The notes beneath the pieces were generated by a model. The model was not told where the DNA came from, searched no databases, and was given only the letters and a program-made list of their open reading frames with translations. From positions 1 to 13,073 of the forward strand of contig JAZGFI010000131.1 in assembly GCA_036479435.1 (NCBI GenBank): a stretch of DNA of 13,073 nucleotides. Reading direction: 5' to 3'. Below are positions 1 through 7,669 of this stretch, one piece after another. The stretch is from Planctomycetota bacterium. GTDB taxonomy: Bacteria > Planctomycetota > GCA-002687715 > DRQF01. A program made the position numbers and the translations under genes. Numbering within the stretch: the stretch's first letter is position 1; every line of letters starts with the position of its first letter.

Positions 1-824
1 GTGATGCTAGTCGAGCGGTAGGGCGCGTTGAAGTTCACCGGGAATCGAAACCCCAGCATCAGCCCGAGCCCAATTGCCATGTCGGAGTAGCCCGAGAAGT
101 CGAAGTAGATCTGGAACGAGTAGGCGCATACGCCGAGCCACGCGTCGCCCACTGGCATCTCGGTGGCGGCGAACGCTTGGTCGGCAACTTCAGCGAGGAA
201 ATCTGCGACGAGGATCTTTTTGACTAACCCGATCTGGAAAGTAAGGACGCCTTGATAGAACTTTCCGAATGAATGAGTCCGCGAGTGAAGCTGAGTCGCC
301 ACACTAGAGTACCGCACGATGGGCCCCGCCACGAGCTGCGGAAAGAGAGCCACGTAGCACATGAAGTCTTTGAAAGACTCGACCGGCTTCGCCTGCTTGC
401 GAAAGATGTCGATCGTGTAGCTCATGGTCTGAAACGTGTAGAACGAGATGCCGACGGGCAGGATTACCTTGGTCCACGTCACGTCGTCGTACCCGAACGA
501 CGCCAACAACCAGTTTGCGGATTCGATGCCGAAATTCGCGTACTTGAAATAGCCGAGCAAGCCGAGGTTGGTAACGATAGAAAGTGCGAGCCATTTTCGG
601 CCCGTCCGACCCTCGGCGCGAGCCCTTACGATGCTACGGCCGCAGCAGTAGTCGAGCCCGGTCGAAAACAGCATTAGTAAGACGAAGTCAGGTCGCCACC
701 AGCCGTAGAACAGGTAACTTGCGAACGCGATGGCGTAGGACTTAAGGCCGCGGGGGCTGAGGTAATAGACCACCAAGAACAGCGGCAGAAAGTAGTAGAG
801 AAAGATATTACTCGAGAAGATCAT
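1..824 (-). CDS. algI: MBOAT family O-acyltransferase, AlgI/PatA/DltB-like (3' end truncated by window edge)
   Basis: Not in the ORF track because it has no stop in the window. Manual translation from ATG at 824: MIFSSNIFLYYFLPLFLVVYY...LLGYFKYANF...ILPVGISFYTFQTMSYTIDIFR...YVALFPQLVAGPIVR...GLVKKILVAD...AYSFQIYFDFSGYSDMAIGLGLMLGFRFPVNFNAPYRSTSI. These are hallmark AlgI-family motifs (LPxGISFYTFQ, FPQLxAGPI, QIYFDFSGYSDMAIG, NFxxPY). Confidence 0.93.
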   Translation of the reverse strand, partial: MIFSSNIFLYYFLPLFLVVYYLSPRGLKSYAIAFASYLFYGWWRPDFVLLMLFSTGLDYCCGRSIVRARAEGRTGRKWLALSIVTNLGLLGYFKYANFGIESANWLLASFGYDDVTWTKVILPVGISFYTFQTMSYTIDIFRKQAKPVESFKDFMCYVALFPQLVAGPIVRYSSVATQLHSRTHSFGKFYQGVLTFQIGLVKKILVADFLAEVADQAFAATEMPVGDAWLGVCAYSFQIYFDFSGYSDMAIGLGLMLGFRFPVNFNAPYRSTSI

Positions 825-849
825 GAACGGTCGCTCACTCTACTTGGGC

Positions 850-863
850 TCGTTTGCAAACGA
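850..863. promoter_or_regulatory. Perfect 14-bp palindrome TCGTTTGCAAACGA, candidate operator upstream of the MBOAT gene
   Basis: Self-complementary 14-mer about 25 nt upstream of the ATG at 824. Function is inferred only. Confidence 0.3.
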
Positions 864-1066
864 CTCGGGTGCAAGCAGTTCATGGCTTTTGAAAATCTGC
901 GGGTCTAAGGCGAGCCACCACGGTCCCCGGCGCGGACCATCAAAGTCATCGAGTCATCACACGATACAGATCCTTCAAAAAATTGGAAGTCCAACTGAAA
1001 CCACGAGTTAAGACGGCCGAACTTCCGGCGAGAGCTAAGCCCAGGCTTGAAGAAGGCGAGAGCGCC

Positions 1067-3064
1067 TTAGTGCTGGTTTTTGGGAGGCAAGTGGTCACCC
1101 TTTAATACCAGCCACCAGGCGAGGCCGTGGAGGTCGCCCCAGCGTTGGCGGTAGCGAGACAAGTCGAGAGGCCGGGTTGGAGTCGGCAGGCCGGGAATGG
1201 CTTCGAAGCGAGGCGGGTCGCCTAGGTCAGCTACCCAGTCGTGTCCGATGATGGCTAACTCTCCGTAGCCGACGGGCTCGGCTTGCGGGCGTAGAAGGTT
1301 GTTGCCGAAACTCGCGAACTCGAAACCCTTGGGGGCGGCGAGTTCAACCAAAGTTCTGAGCATGTCGACGTGACTACCCGCGCTTTTGTCGGGTAGCTTG
1401 ATTCCTTCGAGCGCACGTGGTCCATAGAGGATGCAGGGCACCGAGGTCTTTTCGTAGAGCTTGGGTCGCCCGTCGATGAAGCGCCGGCCGTAGTGGTCGC
1501 CGGTGATGGCGAAGAGGGGACGTTTCGCGGCGGTGGTGACTTTCTTCACGAAGTCGCCCAAGCATTGGTCGGAATACCAAAGGTGCCCGTAGGTCTTCAT
1601 CGAGATGCGCCTGTCGTGTCGCGAGGCCAAGGACTTCGGCATTGATTCCAACTTGAACCCCTTACCAAAGACGTCCACGTCGTAGGGCGGATGGTAGGAA
1701 GTGGTGTGGATGATGTTGAAACTCGGTTGGCTGAAATCGATGATCTCGGTTGTCCGGTCAAAGAGGACTTCGTCATCGACTCCCCACTCATTACCGGACA
1801 TCAAAGTGCCGAGGATGTTGCCGCCAATGACTTCATCAAAGCCCTGGTTCCTGGCGAACTCTCCGATGCGATGCCAACTTAGATAGCCGCCGTGAATGAG
1901 GCGGGTGCGGTAGCCGAGTTTTTTAAAGATGGGTGCCAAGGAAGTGGGGTAGGGGCTACGCGAGGTCGGCTGATAATTGACGTAGATCCCGGTGCTGGGA
2001 ATACCGGTTATCAACGAGCAAAAGGCCCGACTCGTGCTGCGGCCGGAGGGCAAAAAACCCTCGACGATCATGCCTTCGCGTGCGAGACGCCTGGAAACGG
2101 GCACGAGATCGAGGTCGCGGTACTCAGGTTGGAACAACCACGAGTCCATGCTCTCCATGATGACGACGAAGATATGATCCGGCGCTTGGCCGGGGGCCCC
2201 TGAGGCTTTTTGAAGCAGATAGTCGGAGATGAGGTCGGAAGGGGGACGATCGGGAAAGACGCGCGTGGCTGCGGCCCGAACGTCTGAATCTGGCAAGAAG
2301 TCTTTTAGGCCGCGACTGCTCATGCGCCGCAAGTGAGCCTTGATGGCGTAGCGCAGAGCGGTGAAGGGATTGAGGATGAGCTTGTTGAGGAAGGCGTCCG
2401 AAGTGATGGCGGCGTCTTTGAGCTGAACGGGGCGGCGTCCTAAAGAGCCACGCAGGGCTCCGACGAACAAGATGATGATGAGCAGCGTCAAGGCGGCGCG
2501 CTTGGTCTTGCCGCTAAGGCGGCGGTCAACCCAGCCCGAGCTCAGCCAAGGCCTTGTCAGCCAACGTGCGGTCAGACGCTGGAAGCCGTAGCAGCAAGCA
2601 ACGATGGCGAGGAGGGCCCAGATGACGGGCTGTTCGTGCCACACCGTCTTAAGCACGGCGCCGAAGTCGTCGTAGACCACACCCCAAACCCAGTGATTGA
2701 ACTGATCTTGGAACTCGACGATGAAGGCCCAATTGACGGTGCCCATCACGAGACACAGAGCAAAGAGCAGGGTTGCCCACACGCGGCGGAATCTATCCGT
2801 GGCGGATTTCCAGTCGCGAAAGGCATTGAGGACGGCAAAGATGATGCAGGGGCTCAAGAAATAGGTCGCGACGCGGGCGTCGTAGCGAAATCCCTTGAGA
2901 GCAGCGGCGATGAACTCCGTGCCTTTGACGGACACCGCTATACGGTCGCGAAAAACCCCGAACAAGATCAAGCGATCGATGGCGAGCAAGGCCAGCACGA
3001 TCAAAAAGAGCTTGCAGTCTTTTTGAAAGTGCTGGAACCAGCGGGTCCAACGCGGCGGGCTCAT
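1067..3064 (-). CDS. LTA synthase (LtaS)/MdoB-like membrane phosphoglycerol-transferase, alkaline phosphatase/sulfatase superfamily, 665 aa
   Basis: About 5 N-terminal hydrophobic helices, then LRGSLGRRP. Soluble domain carries the metal/catalytic motifs VVIMESMD, SGRSTSRA (Thr nucleophile position), HTTSYHPPY and ITGDHYG. AGAGG lies upstream of the ATG. Confidence 0.85.
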   Translation of the reverse strand: MSPPRWTRWFQHFQKDCKLFLIVLALLAIDRLILFGVFRDRIAVSVKGTEFIAAALKGFRYDARVATYFLSPCIIFAVLNAFRDWKSATDRFRRVWATLLFALCLVMGTVNWAFIVEFQDQFNHWVWGVVYDDFGAVLKTVWHEQPVIWALLAIVACCYGFQRLTARWLTRPWLSSGWVDRRLSGKTKRAALTLLIIILFVGALRGSLGRRPVQLKDAAITSDAFLNKLILNPFTALRYAIKAHLRRMSSRGLKDFLPDSDVRAAATRVFPDRPPSDLISDYLLQKASGAPGQAPDHIFVVIMESMDSWLFQPEYRDLDLVPVSRRLAREGMIVEGFLPSGRSTSRAFCSLITGIPSTGIYVNYQPTSRSPYPTSLAPIFKKLGYRTRLIHGGYLSWHRIGEFARNQGFDEVIGGNILGTLMSGNEWGVDDEVLFDRTTEIIDFSQPSFNIIHTTSYHPPYDVDVFGKGFKLESMPKSLASRHDRRISMKTYGHLWYSDQCLGDFVKKVTTAAKRPLFAITGDHYGRRFIDGRPKLYEKTSVPCILYGPRALEGIKLPDKSAGSHVDMLRTLVELAAPKGFEFASFGNNLLRPQAEPVGYGELAIIGHDWVADLGDPPRFEAIPGLPTPTRPLDLSRYRQRWGDLHGLAWWLVLKGDHLPPKNQH

Positions 3065-3086
3065 CGGCCTCTGCTGCTCAGTCGAT

Positions 3087-5819
3087 TCAAGCTGGCTCTA
3101 ACCTGACGGGGCAGACCTTCAATTCTGCGGTGTGAGTCTGTGGGTCGTAGCCGCCGCCCGTGAGGATATTCACCGGGGTGTCGTCGAAGGCGAAAGTCGT
3201 GAACACCATTCCCGGCTTAGACCGTTCGGTGGCGTCAACAATGACTTCAACAAAACCACGCGGGCTCGACATGCGGCAGGGCATCCCGTGCTTAAGGCCC
3301 CAGAGCTCCACGTCGTCGGGATGGATCTCGAGTCGTTCGCCCGGCAGAAAGTACTCCATGCCTCCGGCGCGCCCGGTTTGGGTGTGGGTGTGATAAGACT
3401 GAAGCCGGCGGCCGGTGGTCAGCCACACCGGATACTCGTCGCTCAGGGTTTCCGCGGGATCGCGGTAGGTCGTGCAGCTGAAAATGCCGCGGCCGTTTTC
3501 GAATTCGTCTTGGTGAAGAATCGGCGTGCCGGGGTGGCCGGCTTCGGGCACCGGCCATTGAAACTCACTGTGCTCGATGCGATCCCAATCCAAGCCCGCA
3601 TAAATCGGAGACAGCGAGCAGAGCTCGTTGAAGATGTCCTTGGCCGATTCATACTCGAATCCCGGAATGCCCAAGCGTTGGGCAATCTGACTCACGATCC
3701 ACCAGTCGGGCTTGGATTCGCCCACGGACGGCACGGCGGCCCGCAAACGCTGCACGCGACGTTCCGTGTTGGAGCAGACCCCATCCGTTTCACCCCAGGC
3801 CGTAGCGGGGAAGACAACGTCGGCGAGTTTGGCTGTTTCGGTCATGAAGAGGTCAATCACCACGAGGTGGTCGAGGCTCTTCAAGGCGTGTCGGCAATGG
3901 TGCATGTCGGGGTCGGACATGACGGTGTTTTCACCGTCGATGATCATGGCGTGAATACCCTTGCCGCAGCTATCGAGGGCCGTGACTTTGGTGATGCCCT
4001 TTTTCAGTTCGATTTCGCGACCGTAGAGCTTTTGGAACTTCTTTTGAAACTCAGGCTTATCAACGGCCTGGAAACCGGGATAGTTGTTCGGCAAGGCGCC
4101 GCAATCCCCGGCGCCTTGAATGTTGTTTTGCCCCCGCATCGGATTGATGCCTGTGCCCTCAAGCCCGAGGTTGCCCGTCATCAAGGCGATGTTGCAAAGG
4201 CTCTTGACGTTGTCGACGCCGCAGATGTGCTCGGTGATGCCGAGCGTGTAGTAGATGGCCCCGCGTTCCGCTCCGCCGAAAAGCCGCGCCGCCGCTTCGA
4301 TGTCTTTAGCTTCGACTTCACAAATGGTCGCCGCCCATTCCGGAGTAAACTCTTTGATGTGCTCGAAGAAGTCCTCGGAACCGGTTGTCCGCGAAGAGAT
4401 GAATTCCTCATTGCAAAGGCCATCACGCGAGATGACGTGAGCCATCGCCAGCAAAAAAGCCGTATCGGAACCGATGCGGATACGAACGTGCAGGGCGGCG
4501 TGGACGGTGAGGCCAATATTGCGTGGGTCAACCACAATCATCTTCGCCCCGTTCGCGACGGCCTTTTTGAGCCTGGTCGCAGCAACGGGGTGACACTCGG
4601 TCATGTTCGTGCCGATGCAAAAGATTACGTCGGGCTTCTCCATGTCCGAAAGAGGGTTCGACATAGCGCCACGACCGATGGTAGCCGCCAGACCGGCGAC
4701 GGTGGGAGCGTGTCAGGCACGCGAACAATTGTCTATATAGTTGGTCCCGAAGCCCGCCCGGATGAACTTCTGCATCGTGTAGGCCGCTTCGTGCGGCGCG
4801 CGACCGGAGGCGATGCCATAGACGGCTTGATTGCCATGTTGCGCGACAACGTTTTGGAATCCGTTCGCCGCGCGATCTAAGGCCTCGTCCCAACTCGCGG
4901 GGTGAAGCTCACCGTCGTCGCCGCGCACATAGGGAGTTTTCAGGCGGTCTTCGTGCTGAATGAACCCGAATGCGAACTGTCCCTTGACGCACAAGGCACC
5001 CTCGTTGGCGGGCCCGTCCATCGCGGGCTGTACGCCGACGATCTTGTCGTCTTTTGACAACAAATCGACCGAGCAGCCAACACCGCAGTAGGTGCAGATC
5101 GAGCGGGTCTTTTTGACTTCGCCGGGAAGGTCAGCGAAGGCGAGGGCTTTCTTGTCACTGAGCGCACCCGTGGGGCAAGTCTGAACGCACTGCCCGCAAA
5201 AGGTGCAGGCCGAGTCTTTGAGGATGCCGTTGAACACGGTGGTGATCTTCGTCTCGAAGCCGCGGTTCATCACGCTGATCGCGTAGTCGCCTTCTTGCTC
5301 TTCGCAGACGCGGACGCAGCGGTAGCAGGAAATGCACTGGTCGTAGTCACGCAGGATGAAGGGGTTGGTGTCGTCCTTGCGGCTGGCCCCGGATTTTTTG
5401 CCCTCAAAGCGGCCACTGCGTGCATCGTAGCGGTCGACGAGGGTTTTCATTTCCTGTGAGGCGTAACCCGACAACTCATCGACATCGACTTGTCTTGTTT
5501 CGGAGACGACCATCTCGAGCAGCGTCTTGCGATACTTGTCGATCTTGTCGCCATGAGTCTTGACGACCATGCCCGCCGCGGCTTTGGTGGTGCAAGAGGC
5601 GACCGGGTTGCGCGCGCCTTCGAGATCAACCACGCAAAGCCTGCAAGCACCGAAAGCCTCCAAGCGATCGTCGTAGCAAAGTGTGGGCACGTCGGCGCGT
5701 TCACGCTCGGAGATCTGATACAAAGATTCGCCAGCTTCGAACTCAACTTCTCGGCCGTCGAGGCTGATCTTGAGTTTCGGCGGAGCTTGGGTTGCCGCGG
5801 CATCGTGACGCTGAATCAT
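3087..5819 (-). CDS. fdhF: Selenocysteine-containing formate dehydrogenase alpha (catalytic Mo/W-bisPGD) subunit with N-terminal NuoG-like Fe-S module, 910 aa, Sec369
   Basis: ORFs 4713..5864 and 3087..4664 are in the same frame, joined by TGA (4713-4715) plus 16 sense codons: NYIDNCSRA-U-HAPTVAGLAATIGRGAMSN, matching FdhF CARV-U-HGPSVAGL. Motifs: [2Fe-2S] PTLC..GACRLC..ASC; 2x[4Fe-4S] CISCYRCVRVC and CTFCGQCVQTCP; proximal CTYCGVGC..LCVKG; active-site NPMRGQNNIQG; C-terminal LTTGR. Start placed at ATG 5819 (AAGGAG RBS, ATGA overlap with the upstream stop). No Tat signal. Confidence 0.93.
4684..4715 (-). promoter_or_regulatory. UGA recoding site plus bacterial SECIS element
   Basis: mRNA reads UGA CACGCUCCCACC GUCGCC-G-GUC-U-GGCGGC. 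Stem spans 4684-4700 (G16-C32, U17.G31, C18-G30, G19-C29, C20-G28, C21-G27, G22.U26; U of UGA = 1). GGUCUG at +22..+27 is the same sequence and register as the E. coli fdhF SECIS loop. Confidence 0.85.
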
Positions 5820-7498
5820 GAGCTGGCGCTCCTTACGTGATTTTCTACTTGTTCTGGGAACCACTTTAACAGGCTTTCGACGACCAACGGAGCCGCCATG
5901 CCCAGGCCACAGGCAGAGGTGGCCTTCATGGTCTCGCTGATATCAGCGGCTTCGAGGCTCCACGCTTCAAGGTCGCTGGGGCCCGCATCGCCGCAGAGGC
6001 GTTCGGTCAGTCGTTGCGTTCCAATCCGGCAGGGGAAGCACTTGCCGCAGGATTCGTGCGCGAAGAACTCCATCGCGGAATGGGCGACTTCGACCATGTT
6101 GCGCGTGTCGTCGAACACCATGATCCCGCCCGCGCCGAGGAAAGACCCCTGGGCGCGGATGCTCGGTTCGTCCAGGGTCACATCCAAGCCATCCTTCGCC
6201 AAGAATCCGCCGGAGAGCCCGGCCATGGTGACGGCCTGAATCTGTCGGCCTTCGGGGGGCCCTCCCGCCCAGTCCATGAGCAAAGTTTGCAGCGGAAAAC
6301 CGATGGGCACTTCGTAGTTGCCGGGGCCTTGGATATCGCCGGACAACGAGATGACTTTGGTGCCCGCGTTGCCGTTCGCTCCAAGCTTCTGATACCAGCG
6401 TGCCCCTTTGGCCACGATCGGCGGCACCGAGGCCAAGGTCTCGACGTTGTTGACGGCGGTGGGCAGATCCTCAAAGCCGTGCGTAACCGGATAGGGCGGG
6501 CGGTTGCGCGGGAAGGGGTGTTTGCCTTCAAGGCTGTTGAGGAGTGAAGTCTCTTCGCCGCAGATGTAGGCCCCGGCTCCTCTACGAACGTAGAGTTCAA
6601 AACCTTGGCTCTTGCCGCGGATGCTCTTACCGAAGTAACCGGCGGCTCGTGCTTCGACCAAGGCTTGGTTCAAAACGATTTCGGTCTCGGGGTATTCGTA
6701 GCGCAGATAGATGAAACCGCGCGTGGCTCCCGTGGCCCAAGCCGCGATGATCATGCCTTCGATCACCGCGTGGGGATCGTAGTCCATCAGAGCCCGATCT
6801 TTGAAACAGCCCGGTTCGCCCTCATCGGCGTTGCAGACGATGGTCTTTGGGTAACCCTGGGCTTCGGCCACCGCGCTCCACTTGCGTCCGGTGGGAAAAG
6901 CCGCGCCGCCGCGACCGGCGAGGCCGCTCTCTAAGACCAAAGCACACAAAGCCGCGGGCGTCATGGTGAGCGCTTTTTCGAGTCCGACGTAACCGTCAGT
7001 TTTCAAATAGCCACTCAAGGTCGCGCGCTCAGCTTCGCGAATACCGCCAAAGACACACTCTTCGATGCCGCCTGGATTGACCGGTGGCAAGGGGGCCGGT
7101 TTTTCGACCAAGGAGTCGGCGGATTCGCCAGCGAAGGTGGTCCGACCCTTCAAGACCGGAATGGGAGCGTCGCAACGTCCGGAGCAAGCCATCGGCGTGG
7201 CACCTTGCGGCCGCAGGGCATCCAAGAGTTGGTCGGCTCCACGCAGCTTGCACACCGGGCCCGTGCAGACGCGAGGCGCGCTTTGGCCCGGGGGGTGCTG
7301 AGCGAAGTGGTGGTAGAAGGTCACCGTTCCGTAGAGATCTGCCAAAGGCACCTTCAGACCCGCCGCTACGGCCCGAATGGACTCTTCCGAAAGGAAGCCA
7401 TCGCGGTCGTGAAAAGCGTGGAGGAGGGGCAGGAGCGGGGCGGGCTCGTCCTTCCAACGCGCGATCAGCGCGTCGTCATTGCGTTCGTTCATGCCCAT
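5816..7498 (-). CDS. Formate dehydrogenase diaphorase (beta) subunit: fused NuoE-like [2Fe-2S] and NuoF-like FMN/NAD/[4Fe-4S] protein (FdsG+FdsB or Fdh1B type)
   Basis: N-terminal NuoE-like LLPLLHAFHDRDGFLS..LYGTVTFYHHF..RVCTGPVC..ACSGRC. NuoF motifs GRGGAAFPTGRKW, CNADEGEPGCFKDR, GAGAYICGEETSLLNSLEG and HESCGKCFPCRIG..ACGLG. The stop overlaps the alpha start (ATGA). The true start may be ATG 7492. Confidence 0.92.
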   Translation of the reverse strand: MGMNERNDDALIARWKDEPAPLLPLLHAFHDRDGFLSEESIRAVAAGLKVPLADLYGTVTFYHHFAQHPPGQSAPRVCTGPVCKLRGADQLLDALRPQGATPMACSGRCDAPIPVLKGRTTFAGESADSLVEKPAPLPPVNPGGIEECVFGGIREAERATLSGYLKTDGYVGLEKALTMTPAALCALVLESGLAGRGGAAFPTGRKWSAVAEAQGYPKTIVCNADEGEPGCFKDRALMDYDPHAVIEGMIIAAWATGATRGFIYLRYEYPETEIVLNQALVEARAAGYFGKSIRGKSQGFELYVRRGAGAYICGEETSLLNSLEGKHPFPRNRPPYPVTHGFEDLPTAVNNVETLASVPPIVAKGARWYQKLGANGNAGTKVISLSGDIQGPGNYEVPIGFPLQTLLMDWAGGPPEGRQIQAVTMAGLSGGFLAKDGLDVTLDEPSIRAQGSFLGAGGIMVFDDTRNMVEVAHSAMEFFAHESCGKCFPCRIGTQRLTERLCGDAGPSDLEAWSLEAADISETMKATSACGLGMAAPLVVESLLKWFPEQVENHVRSASS

Positions 7499-7526
7499 GG
7501 AATAGCGGGAATCGGGGAATTGTCAA
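7499..7526 (-). promoter_or_regulatory. Candidate sigma70-type promoter of the FDH operon (TTGACA-N16-TATTCC)
   Basis: Perfect -35 TTGACA at 7526-7521, 16-nt spacer, and an imperfect -10 TATTCC at 7504-7499, directly followed by ATGGGCATG. No Shine-Dalgarno visible. Confidence 0.45.
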
Positions 7527-7596
7527 CCTCGCCTTTAGTCACAAGCGTTCAAGCTCCCATTTCACGCCCTTGCCTTGGATTTTTTTGGAATTTCTC

Positions 7597-7638
7597 CGCG
7601 AAAACGTCGCCTCGGCGGAAAGGGGGGTAAGGCCGCAG
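7597..7638 (+). promoter_or_regulatory. Conserved upstream element, copy A (before FG-GAP gene 1)
   Basis: CGCGAAAACGTCgcCTCGgCGGAAaGGGGggTAAGGCcGCAG. 35/42 ungapped identity to 11204..11245. Starts 73 nt before the ATG. Confidence 0.7.
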
Positions 7639-7669
7639 GAAGGCCCCCTAAGGAAACGGAGACAAACCA

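Noticed and set aside
855..940. c-di-GMP-I riboswitch-like words (GCAAAC...GGGTCTAAGG)
   Set aside because: They lie on the strand opposite to the flanking genes. The GNRA-loop stem, GACGCAAAGC junction and receptor 3' half are missing.
273..1011. Small ORFs 273..677, 304..594 and 823..1011, and the other short overlapping ORFs in the track
   Set aside because: They are antisense or alternate-frame shadows of well-supported genes, or lack an RBS and any recognisable protein features.
1027..1068. Short hairpin AAGGCG-CTCT-CGCCTT at the LtaS-like stop, and GGCGAGAGC direct repeat (1027-1035, 1055-1063)
   Set aside because: The stem is only 6 bp with a poor U-tract. It could be a weak terminator but cannot be supported, and the two 9-mers are not an array.
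4713..4715. FDH alpha as a nonsense-disrupted pseudogene or two separate genes
   Set aside because: The stop is UGA at the exact Sec/Cys ligand column, the frame continues with conserved residues, and a SECIS-like hairpin follows.
3132..4880. 582-aa plus-strand ORF
   Set aside because: It is the in-register antisense shadow of the FDH gene, common in GC-rich coding DNA, and has no recognisable motifs.
5820..5864. Longer N-terminus (MVPRTSRKSRKERQL) for FDH alpha
   Set aside because: It overlaps the upstream gene. ATG 5819 has an AAGGAG RBS and a classic ATGA overlap.
5816..7498. Respiratory complex I nuoEF, or an electron-bifurcating HydB-type subunit
   Set aside because: No other nuo genes are present and it is coupled to an FDH catalytic subunit. 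It lacks the C-terminal extra Fe-S domains of bifurcating subunits.
7586..7600. Sigma54 promoter at the conserved TGGA-N7-CGCG
   Set aside because: GG-to-GC spacing is 9 nt rather than 10, and the TGGCAC/TTGC consensus is not met.
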